Below are positions 9,030 to 18,200 of a DNA stretch of 64,000 nt, one piece after another. Source of the stretch: Candidatus Woesearchaeota archaeon (GTDB lineage Archaea > Nanobdellota > Nanobdellia > Pacearchaeales > GW2011-AR1); the NCBI GenBank assembly GCA_964573625.1, contig CAZNJU010000001.1, forward strand, positions 673,510 to 737,509, given 5' to 3'. The position numbers were made by a program, and so were the translations under genes. Position 1 is the stretch's first letter; every line of letters starts with the position of its first letter. Under the pieces are notes generated by a model that was not told the DNA's origin, did not search any database, and was given only the letters and a program-made list of their open reading frames with translations.

Positions 9030-10275
9030 CATTCCCTAATACAAGAATTAAATCCCCTATATTCGTTCCCGTTTTACCTGTTACAATTGTCCCATTGACT
9101 TTTTTGAGGAAATTGTATGAATCGTTATTCTTCAAAAAACTGCTCACCTGTAATTTATGTTGCGCAGCTTTAAGTTTAGTTGTTTCATCGACAATTCCTC
9201 CAGCTGCATCAGTTATGAAATCGACTCCATCAGTTGAGCAGCTGACTATCGTTCCTTTTTTCAAGTATTCTGTTGCCCCCAGTACTGTCTCTTGGTTTCG
9301 CCCACCCTTTCCAGTACCCCTAACGTGAACAGTCGTCTCACCTGCGAAAATAAGTGCCTTCCCAGGTTTAACAAGTGATGCTAATCTTTTCCCAACATCA
9401 CGAGCTTCCCCTTTAAGTTGAGTAGTCACAATTCGCGTATTATATCCTAACACCTGCGCTTTTTCTTGCATAGCTTGAGAAGCTGACAAGTTAGTAGCGA
9501 GCAGCAAATTAGTTACATGTGTCAGTCGCGTTTTAGGGGTCTCAGCGAAATTCAATGCTGGTAGAGAATACTTCTTCCGTATTCTTTCGGCATCTTTGAC
9601 AGTAGTTGAATCCCGTACGGTAGGTCCTGAAGCAATGACTTCCAGGTCGTTTGTCATCACATCGCTAATGATGAGCGTTATCATCGTTGCCGGAGCGGCC
9701 AGTGCACCGAGTTGCCCCCCTTTAACATACGAAATATGTTTTCTCACTGTGTTAATTTCCTGAATAGTCGCACCTTTTTTCAACAACAGCTTGTTAACCT
9801 GCTTCTGTTTCTCTAAAGATATTCGTGGAGCATCCATCAGTGCAGATCCTCCTCCACTAATGAGGCAAATCACGAGATCATCTCTATTACACTCTTTTAA
9901 CAAATTAATTATGTTATGCGTTGCTCTAATATTAACTGTTGAAGAAATAGGATGTGTTCCCTTCACAACAGTTATTCGTGAAAGTGATTTATTTCTTGTG
10001 TCTATAACAATTCCACGTGTAATACGTTTCCCCAATATTTTTTCAAGAGTTTCAGCCATGTCTGCAGCCGCCTTTCCAGCACCCACAACATACACATTCC
10101 GATAAGATGCGAGATTCCACGATTTATTTTGAATATTGAGTCGGTTCTTTACAATAGTCACATTTTTACGCATAACATTTTTAACGAGTGCAGATTCAAG
10201 ACCGGCATTAATTATTTCAAGAGCATCTTTTCGAGTTCGCGTGGTAGCCAATGAGCGAAAGTTTTTGATAATCAT
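9019..10275 (-). CDS. glycerate 2-kinase (MOFRL family)
   Basis: VVGAGKAAADMA near the N-term; C-terminal ETTVHVRGTGKGGRNQE...STDGVDFITDAAGG...NDSYNFL...GKTGTNIGDL is diagnostic of the MOFRL family. Confidence 0.85.
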   Translation of the reverse strand: MIIKNFRSLATTRTRKDALEIINAGLESALVKNVMRKNVTIVKNRLNIQNKSWNLASYRNVYVVGAGKAAADMAETLEKILGKRITRGIVIDTRNKSLSRITVVKGTHPISSTVNIRATHNIINLLKECNRDDLVICLISGGGSALMDAPRISLEKQKQVNKLLLKKGATIQEINTVRKHISYVKGGQLGALAAPATMITLIISDVMTNDLEVIASGPTVRDSTTVKDAERIRKKYSLPALNFAETPKTRLTHVTNLLLATNLSASQAMQEKAQVLGYNTRIVTTQLKGEARDVGKRLASLVKPGKALIFAGETTVHVRGTGKGGRNQETVLGATEYLKKGTIVSCSTDGVDFITDAAGGIVDETTKLKAAQHKLQVSSFLKNNDSYNFLKKVNGTIVTGKTGTNIGDLILVLGNASE

Positions 10276-11897
10276 TTTGACTTTATATGCGAAAGAGCGA
10301 AAGCAAGGTCGCCGCGAACCTTTTTTCCAGGATTAAATACTCCTTTCTCATCAAAGATATCTTTCACTTTTTCAAAAATACGTACCATTTCAGGCCCAAA
10401 CTGTTTCTCTAAATAAGGAGTTCTGATAAGTCCATCATTATGCTCTGCAGTTATTGTTCCTTCATACTTCTTAACGAGTGTGGTAAATGCCTGAAGTACT
10501 AAGGGTATTTTATCACGTTGAGTTTGCTCTTTAAGGTCCATTAAGGGGATAATATGGAAATTGCCATCTCCAACATGTCCTGCAAGAGTTGGCTCTATTC
10601 CGTTCTCCTCCAATAAAGTGTACAATTTAGGGAGAAATTCAGAAAGAAATTCAGGTTTCACACTAAAGTCATCAACAAAGGGTGTTGCCATCTTATTTTT
10701 TACCTTTTGCCTTAGAAGATTGAACGATTCTCGACGCATAATCCAGTATTTTTCTCCTTCTTCCTCACTTCTCATCACAATGTTACTTATTTTGGCTTGA
10801 GCAAGTTCTTTACCTAAAAGATTCGCCTGTGTCTGTATTTCTTGCTCAACATCTCCTGTTAGTTCAACAAGTACAATAAAAAACGGAAGACCATGTAACA
10901 ATGATTTGAAAGCCTCTCTTCTGAATCCCCACATGAATGAAAATAAGTTCTTGTTGACTTTCCTCGCTATTTCAGGCATGAACTTTATCCCAAGTTTAAG
11001 CGTGTGCTTATCAAAGCTTTCGAGAGACTCAGGATGATATTTCTTAGCAATATCAATAAGGGGATTGATTTGTGCAAGATTCTTGAGAGATACCGCTACA
11101 AGTCTTGAATGTTTGTTCTTCTTCACTAAATCAACGTCTGCCTCAGTCCATAGACCTAACGTGCCTTGAGAACCAACAAATATTTTTGAAAGGTCAAATG
11201 TATTCCTATCCCATACTTTCCAAAGCAAATAACCTGAAGAATTTTTAGAAACCGCTGGTTGAGCGGCCTTGATTAAATCATAGTTTTTCTCACATAACGT
11301 ATACATTTCACGGTAAATCTTACCCTCGAATGTTTTCTTTCGCATTTTAGCCTTGAGCTCAGACTTGTTCAATTTCTTGAATTCGTACGTGTTACCATCA
11401 GCAAGCACAACTTTTAATTTTCTTACATGATCAACTGTCTGCCCATATACCAGTGACTTCTCTCCTCCGGAGTTATTTGCGATAATCCCGCCCATAGCAC
11501 AGAGAGATTTGCTTGCAGGATAACTTGGGTACATGACTCCTTTTTCGTTCATGACTTTTTCAAGGTCGCGATAATAAACTCCTGGTTCAACAACTGCATG
11601 GTCTGAATCAATAGCATTGATATGATTAATGTATTTCGTAAATGAAACAACAACAGACGTTGTCAGTGGTCCTCCAGTCATATCCGTTCCGGCAGCCCTT
11701 CCAGTAAGTGAAAGACCAGGATTATTTTTAACGAATCTTACAAGGTGCTCAATGTCTTCTGTATCTTTAGGGAACACAACCACGCTAGGCTTCACTTCAA
11801 ATATTGAAGCGTCCCTGCTATACTCTCTCAACGTATCTTCATCCGCTAAAACGTCTCCTTTGAATCCTATCTTAAGTGCATCAATTGGATTTTCCAT
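10272..11897 (-). CDS. FAD-linked oxidase (GlcD / D-lactate dehydrogenase family)
   Basis: FAD_binding_4 motifs (GRAAGTDMTGGPL, CAMGGIIANNSGGEKSLVYG); C-terminal FAD-oxidase_C-like region. Confidence 0.75.
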   Translation of the reverse strand: MENPIDALKIGFKGDVLADEDTLREYSRDASIFEVKPSVVVFPKDTEDIEHLVRFVKNNPGLSLTGRAAGTDMTGGPLTTSVVVSFTKYINHINAIDSDHAVVEPGVYYRDLEKVMNEKGVMYPSYPASKSLCAMGGIIANNSGGEKSLVYGQTVDHVRKLKVVLADGNTYEFKKLNKSELKAKMRKKTFEGKIYREMYTLCEKNYDLIKAAQPAVSKNSSGYLLWKVWDRNTFDLSKIFVGSQGTLGLWTEADVDLVKKNKHSRLVAVSLKNLAQINPLIDIAKKYHPESLESFDKHTLKLGIKFMPEIARKVNKNLFSFMWGFRREAFKSLLHGLPFFIVLVELTGDVEQEIQTQANLLGKELAQAKISNIVMRSEEEGEKYWIMRRESFNLLRQKVKNKMATPFVDDFSVKPEFLSEFLPKLYTLLEENGIEPTLAGHVGDGNFHIIPLMDLKEQTQRDKIPLVLQAFTTLVKKYEGTITAEHNDGLIRTPYLEKQFGPEMVRIFEKVKDIFDEKGVFNPGKKVRGDLAFALSHIKSK

Positions 11898-12850
11898 TAT
11901 CTTTTCCTCCGTATCGCGTTTTTGGCAGCAATAACAATTTCCTTACTAGTACACAAATACTTTTCAAGCAATTTCCCGGGATCACCAGATTCTCCAAATG
12001 TATCACGTATTCCCACAATTTCGAGAGGCACGGGATGTTTCTTTCCCAATAGTTCAGCAACAGCTCCTCCAAGACCTCCATGAATTTGGTGCTCTTCAGC
12101 AGTTACTACTGCCCCTGTTTTTGCAGCAGCCGCAATTAGTGTTTTTTCATCAAGCGGCTTGATAGTGTGACAGTCAATAACCATCGCGTTAATCCCTTCC
12201 TTTGAAAGCTGTTCAGCAGCAACAAGCGACTCATATACCATCGTTCCACATGCGACAAGGCAAACATCTGATCCCTTCCTATAGATGTTAGCTTTGCCAA
12301 TCTGAAAGTCTGTATTGACATCCGTTATTACGGGAACTGCGTTCCTTCCAAATCGAAGATAGACAGGTCCTTTGACTGAGGCTGAAGCAATAGTCGCTTT
12401 CTCAGCCTGAAGAGCATCAGCAGGAACAATTACTTTCATATTTGGAAGTACACGCATAATAGCAATATCCTCTAGCGCTTGATGCGTTGCTCCATCAGGA
12501 CCTACACTAATTCCAGCATGAGCTCCCTGTATCTTCACATTAAGATTGTTATAGCATACGCTCACACGTAGCTGATCCCAATTTCTCCCGGGGCTAAAAA
12601 CAGCATACGAACTAATAAAAGGTATTTTTCCCGTCAAAGCCAATCCTGCTGCAAGTCCTGCCATGTTCTGTTCAGCAACGCCTACTTCAATAAATCGTTC
12701 AGGATACACTTTTTTGAAAAGTTCAACACGCGTTGAATCAGTCAAATCACAACACAATGCGACAACATTTTTGTTCTTCTTGCCCAGTGTTACAAGACCT
12801 TTTCCATATCCTTCTCTTGTAGCTATTTTCTTTACGTCAGAGAGATTCAT
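11897..12850 (-). CDS. transketolase, C-terminal (pyrimidine-binding) subunit
   Basis: archaeal split-tkt arrangement; EGYGKGL...GVAEQNM..AAGLA...P...S.AVF motifs; 4-nt overlap with the N-terminal subunit gene. Confidence 0.85.
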   Translation of the reverse strand: MNLSDVKKIATREGYGKGLVTLGKKNKNVVALCCDLTDSTRVELFKKVYPERFIEVGVAEQNMAGLAAGLALTGKIPFISSYAVFSPGRNWDQLRVSVCYNNLNVKIQGAHAGISVGPDGATHQALEDIAIMRVLPNMKVIVPADALQAEKATIASASVKGPVYLRFGRNAVPVITDVNTDFQIGKANIYRKGSDVCLVACGTMVYESLVAAEQLSKEGINAMVIDCHTIKPLDEKTLIAAAAKTGAVVTAEEHQIHGGLGGAVAELLGKKHPVPLEIVGIRDTFGESGDPGKLLEKYLCTSKEIVIAAKNAIRRKR

Positions 12851-13743
12851 TCAAGCCTCCCGCATCTATCTATAAGTTCCTTACATTTTCCAGCGTCCAG
12901 TCCACGAAGCTTGCATTCATCAGCACATATCTCATTGAGCGCGATAACCGCTTCTTCTTTTACAGGTGGTTTGCCATGCCATTCAAAACGCCTCTCCATA
13001 AAGCTAACACCTTTTCCAGGAATAGTCTCACAAATAATCACTGTCGGCTTTCCACGATATTCTTTTGCCTGTTTAAACGCCGCAAGTATCTCTTTCATAT
13101 TATTTCCATTAATAGTGATAACATTCCAGTTAAACGCTCTAAATTTACCTGCAACTGGTTCGAGAGGCATAATATCCTCAGTCGTTCCATCTATCTGAAT
13201 ATGATTTCTGTCAACAAAACCGATCAAGTTATCTAATTTGTACTTAGCCGCAAACATGAAGGATTCCCAGCATTGTCCTTCGTCAAGCTCTCCATCTCCC
13301 ATTGAGAGAAAGACGTGATAATCTTCCTTATCCATCTTAGCACCGTAGGCTATTCCAGCAGCGACTGATGTTCCCTGTCCCAACGGCCCCGTACTCGTTT
13401 CTATACCTGGCAACGAACCCCTATGAGGATGTCCTTGCAATCGCGAGTCTAATTTGCGCAACGTTTTAAGTTCACTTTGTGGAAAATACCCTGCCTTTGC
13501 AAGACTCACGTATAGAATAGGGCAGATATGTCCGTTAGAAAGCACTAGTCTATCTCTCTTCTTCCATGAAGCATCTCGAGGATTATGATTCATAACGTTA
13601 AAGTAAAGTGCTGTAAACACGTCTGCCATTCCAAGAGGGCCTGCAGAATGCCCTGACCCTGCAGTAGTCAGCATGCGTATTACATCTTCCCGTAGAGTAT
13701 CTGCAAGAATCTCAAGCTCACGTATACTAGAAATCTTTTTCAT
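12847..13743 (-). CDS. transketolase, N-terminal (TPP-binding) subunit
   Basis: SGHSAGPLGMADV...GDGELDEGQ..E TPP-binding motifs. Confidence 0.85.
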   Translation of the reverse strand: MKKISSIRELEILADTLREDVIRMLTTAGSGHSAGPLGMADVFTALYFNVMNHNPRDASWKKRDRLVLSNGHICPILYVSLAKAGYFPQSELKTLRKLDSRLQGHPHRGSLPGIETSTGPLGQGTSVAAGIAYGAKMDKEDYHVFLSMGDGELDEGQCWESFMFAAKYKLDNLIGFVDRNHIQIDGTTEDIMPLEPVAGKFRAFNWNVITINGNNMKEILAAFKQAKEYRGKPTVIICETIPGKGVSFMERRFEWHGKPPVKEEAVIALNEICADECKLRGLDAGKCKELIDRCGRLE

Positions 13744-13843
13744 AACACCTCACACGTACGAGAAGAATTTAATATTTAAAGGTACTGTCGACTCTGGCAT
13801 AATTTAAATAATCTCCTCGCATGAAGATAACAAGAGGGATGCA

Positions 13844-15178
13844 ATGACTATTTTTAGAGGTAATGACGTCAGAGGAGTATATGGCACAGAGCTGACCGAT
13901 GAAAAAGCCACACTGATAGGTGGAGCATTTGTAAGATTTCTTAAATGCAAGACAGTTGTGGTGGGAAGAGATTCGAGACTATCATCCCCTGCTCTTTCAA
14001 AGGCAGTTATTAAGGGATTAAGAAGAGCTGGCGCTGACGTGATAGACATAGGAGTGATAGACTCTCCAGGATTGTATTTTGCCTCACACCATTTACAAAA
14101 ACCTGCCATAATGGTTACCGCATCACATAATCCTCCAGAACATAACGGATTTTATCTATGCAAAGCTGACGCACAACCCATATATCGCGAAAATGGTCTG
14201 CTTACTATCGAGAAGTTTGCAAATGAGCCATACGTTAGAAAGCAAGGTAACTATATGACTATGAATATCTGGCCTGCGTATGAAAAACATGTGCTTTCAT
14301 TCCTAAACGTTGCGTCTATCAAACCACTAAAAATAGTTGTTGATGTGGGCAATGGAGCAGGGGGAGACATTGCAACGCGCATTTTCCGTAAAATGCCTAA
14401 TCTCACAATTATCCCGCTTAATTTCAAACCAGATGGCCGTTTTCCAAATAGAGGACCTGATACATCTGATCCTTCAAACTTGCGGGAACTTCAGAAAAAA
14501 GTACTTGCCGTAAAGGCAGACATGGGGTGTGCTTTTGATGGCGATGCTGATCGTGTCGCATTTGTTGATGAAAATGGTAAAATTATTGAAGGATCAATTA
14601 CCGGAGCTCTTCTTGCAGGGGAGTTACTATCAAATAAGAAAGAAACGATCTTATATAGCATACGTTGTAGCAGAATAGTCCCTGAACTCATCGAGCGTCG
14701 CCACAGCATCGCAATACGAGAGAGAGTAGGTCATAGTTTCATGGCAACACATATGCGCGAACATCGAGCACTATTTGCAATAGAAAATACAGGACACTAC
14801 TTCTATCGCGATAATTTTTACACTGAATCCGCAATTATAACTTCACTCATTATGATTGCTCTCCTTTCAAGTTCGCGAAAGAATCTTTCAGAACTCGTCA
14901 ACCCCTTAGTAAAATATTACATGACTGAAGAAGTGAGTTTTGCAACGTCTAATCCTAAGCAGGCACTAACGTTTATTGAAAAAGCATTACAAAAAAAGTA
15001 CCGACGCCCTATTGATTCATTTGATGGCTTATCAGTTGACTGTGGAAGCTATTGGTTAAGCGTCCGCGCAAGCCAAACAGAATCAAAAATACGGATGGTA
15101 GTTGAAGGGAGAGACAGAAAAGAAGTCGAAATGCGAAAAAAAGAGCTCTATAATTTAGTAAAAAAAGCCGTACGATAA
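13844..15178 (+). CDS. phosphomannomutase/phosphoglucomutase (alpha-D-phosphohexomutase family)
   Basis: active-site Ser loop TASHNPPEHNG; Mg site DGDADR; sugar-binding region. Confidence 0.85.
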   Translation: MTIFRGNDVRGVYGTELTDEKATLIGGAFVRFLKCKTVVVGRDSRLSSPALSKAVIKGLRRAGADVIDIGVIDSPGLYFASHHLQKPAIMVTASHNPPEHNGFYLCKADAQPIYRENGLLTIEKFANEPYVRKQGNYMTMNIWPAYEKHVLSFLNVASIKPLKIVVDVGNGAGGDIATRIFRKMPNLTIIPLNFKPDGRFPNRGPDTSDPSNLRELQKKVLAVKADMGCAFDGDADRVAFVDENGKIIEGSITGALLAGELLSNKKETILYSIRCSRIVPELIERRHSIAIRERVGHSFMATHMREHRALFAIENTGHYFYRDNFYTESAIITSLIMIALLSSSRKNLSELVNPLVKYYMTEEVSFATSNPKQALTFIEKALQKKYRRPIDSFDGLSVDCGSYWLSVRASQTESKIRMVVEGRDRKEVEMRKKELYNLVKKAVR

Positions 15179-15223
15179 ACGGCTATAAAACTTAAATACC
15201 TGTCAATCATCGATAAAGATATC

Positions 15224-18200
15224 ATGAAAAGAGGGACAACAATAGGCATTATCTTACTGGCCTTTGTTTTTTGTACTCTGGCACCAAGCCCTACTGAGGC
15301 GCGTTCTCAATTACCTCTAATGAAAACAAATAGTATTAGTTTTTCAGATCAATTGAACTTTGGTCAACTACCTCCGTTATCATCTATCTACACGCCTAAT
15401 ATCACTGAACCACATGGTGATCAATATAATATTACATTTACTGCTCCCTCTCCTCGATTTTTAACACGTATTCCAGAACCTCCAACAGGCGAATATACTC
15501 TCTTAGATGATGCTTGTAGCACTTCAGATATCGCCAATTATACGCCTACTCAAATTGTTGATTATGTTACGACTCATTCGATGGACTGTCTTTATTTTTT
15601 CTGGACATATGACGCAAACACGCTGAGTGTTTTCACCGATGCGCATATTCAAGCAGCCCTTAATGCCACTGAAGATCGTGTCGCCACCTATGACGGAACA
15701 AACAATCAAAGTATACAGCAGCTCATATTTTACATACGAACGGCGTATTATCACGGATCATATCATTCAAGCCCGAATTTTACTAATGCTACGCTTCTTC
15801 GTACTATCGACGTGTATAGAGAGTTTGCAAACACCACGTATTTTAACAACGCAAGCAGCGATGCAGAGTTAACGCTCTATCATTGGATAAACGGTGCTGA
15901 CGCTGCAGGCGTTTCGTACGCACTTGTGCCGCAACTTAACACAATCATGCGAACGTTCATGAATGAGACTAATCGATGGTCTCGGCTGACGCAGTTGTTC
16001 AATATCTATTCAATAGAAGGGTATTCTATTCCGCGAGGACTCTATATTGGACACCCTAATCGAACACAAATGATAAGTTCAATGCAACAACAGAATGTAA
16101 GTGGAATACTCGAAGATATTGCGTTAAACGATACCATGATTCCAACCGCAGGTACCTCTCTGATAAACAATGCAATCGGCAGTTTAGGATATATGATTAC
16201 CGTTTCAGAATTCAATGCGAGTTCAGTAAATACGTTAACAAAAGTGATTAATCATTACGAGCCACTAACTCTGCCATATCTTTGGGCAGTATACATGCTT
16301 GATTATTATAATAACTGCCATACTGCAAACGAGAATGTAAGTATCTGTCTTTCAAATCTAACCGCTCCTATTTTTAGCGTCGCCTTACCAAATAACTACT
16401 CGTTTGATAACGGAACAAGAGTATTCATAACAGCTCTTAATTATTCTGACGTTCAATCGCTCTACCATGCGATTAAGCAAGTTGAATGGGAATTTGGAAG
16501 AGTCGCAGGAACCGTACCGGTAGTTGGAGATAATAATAGTGTTCTCACTATGTACATTTACGGTTCTCCAACTGACTACGCGCTATACCAGCCCTTTCTA
16601 TTTGGTCTAGGAACGAACAATGGAGGAATTTACATAGAACAATGGGGCTCTTTTTTCAGTTATCAAAGAACAACAAGTGAAAGTTTCTATACCTTAGAAG
16701 AATTATTGCGTCATGAATACACGCATTACCTCGTTGGAAGATATATTGTTCAAGGAAACTGGGGAGAAGTCCCCATATATGATAATCAACGCATGACTTG
16801 GTTTGATGAGGGGATGGCTGAATTCTTTACGGGGAGTACTCAGAGAGACAGTGTTAAAACGCGAAAGACGCTCGTTCAATTAATCGCGAGTGATGGTACT
16901 AGATTAACGGTAAGCGATGTATTCAATAGTTCAAGTTATAACAGTTTTACATTTTACCGTTACGCAGCCTTATTTTTCAACCACCTCTATACCAACGATC
17001 TGCAACAGATGTTCGATTTTATTGACACTGTAAAGGCGGCAAATACAACAAGATTTGACGCATATGTTCTATCGTTAAGAACAAACGCAACGTATGAATC
17101 AAACTATCAATTATTTATTAACAACACAGTAGGAAATGTTTCTTCACTGCTTAATCCCTCTACCGATTTCCCAAGATACCTAAATACTACTTCCATTTCC
17201 GCAATACAGGCAGCGTTTAGACAGACTACTTTAGGATCAGGGGCTAATTGTTCAGCCCTCTATAGTAGTTCTGCAAACGCACGTTTCAATTGTACAGGCC
17301 AACTTACAGACTCAGTCACAAACGCGTCTAACAGAGTAGCTGCATGGCGAATTTTTGATGCAGCTCTTAACAAGATAATTAATGAAACATTAAACAGTAC
17401 GATTAATGTAACATATACTAATTTTAGAGCTATGAACTGTAAGATGGACAACATTACATTCGTCACAGTCAGTAGTTCAGTCTACCCTAAAACAAATTAC
17501 TCTTGTGAAGGCCCTCTGGCGTTTAACACAGAACTTGCACAATGCTTCGACGAAATAGACAATGACGGTGACGGGTTTATTGATTACGGAAATGATACAG
17601 ACTGTTCAAGCAATTATGATACTAATGAAAGCCACTCTCCTCCAGATTTCCCAAGTGTAACGATTGTATATCCTACAAGCAATATATATGTTTCAGTAAT
17701 AAGCGCGCTTAATTATACAGTAGAAGACAATAGTATACAATCATGTTGGTATTCTACTGATCAAGGCGTAACAAACACGACAATAACTTGTGGTACAAAT
17801 GTAACAGGCCTCACATCATCTGCAGGGACAAATACTTGGCAAGTGTATGCCAATGATAGTGATGGTAACACAAACTCTAGCACAGTCTCATTCACGTATA
17901 TCCCTAACGCGCTCACCGTCGGAACATGTACTTCTCTTAACCAGACAAATAAAACCTACGTGCTTAATGCGAGTATTAATCCGACCGAGGATAGTCCATG
18001 CATAAACATCACTGCCCAAAACATAACATTTACCTGTGGAAGATACACTATCTATAATGTAACCCATGCTAACACGATTATTTATTCAAATCAGTTCAAC
18101 ACAACTATTATTAATTGTAAAAATCTAACCGGAGGATCGGGACTTGCAAGCACCGGAATTAAATTAGTTTCAGCAAATTACTCTTCCATAATTAACGTAT

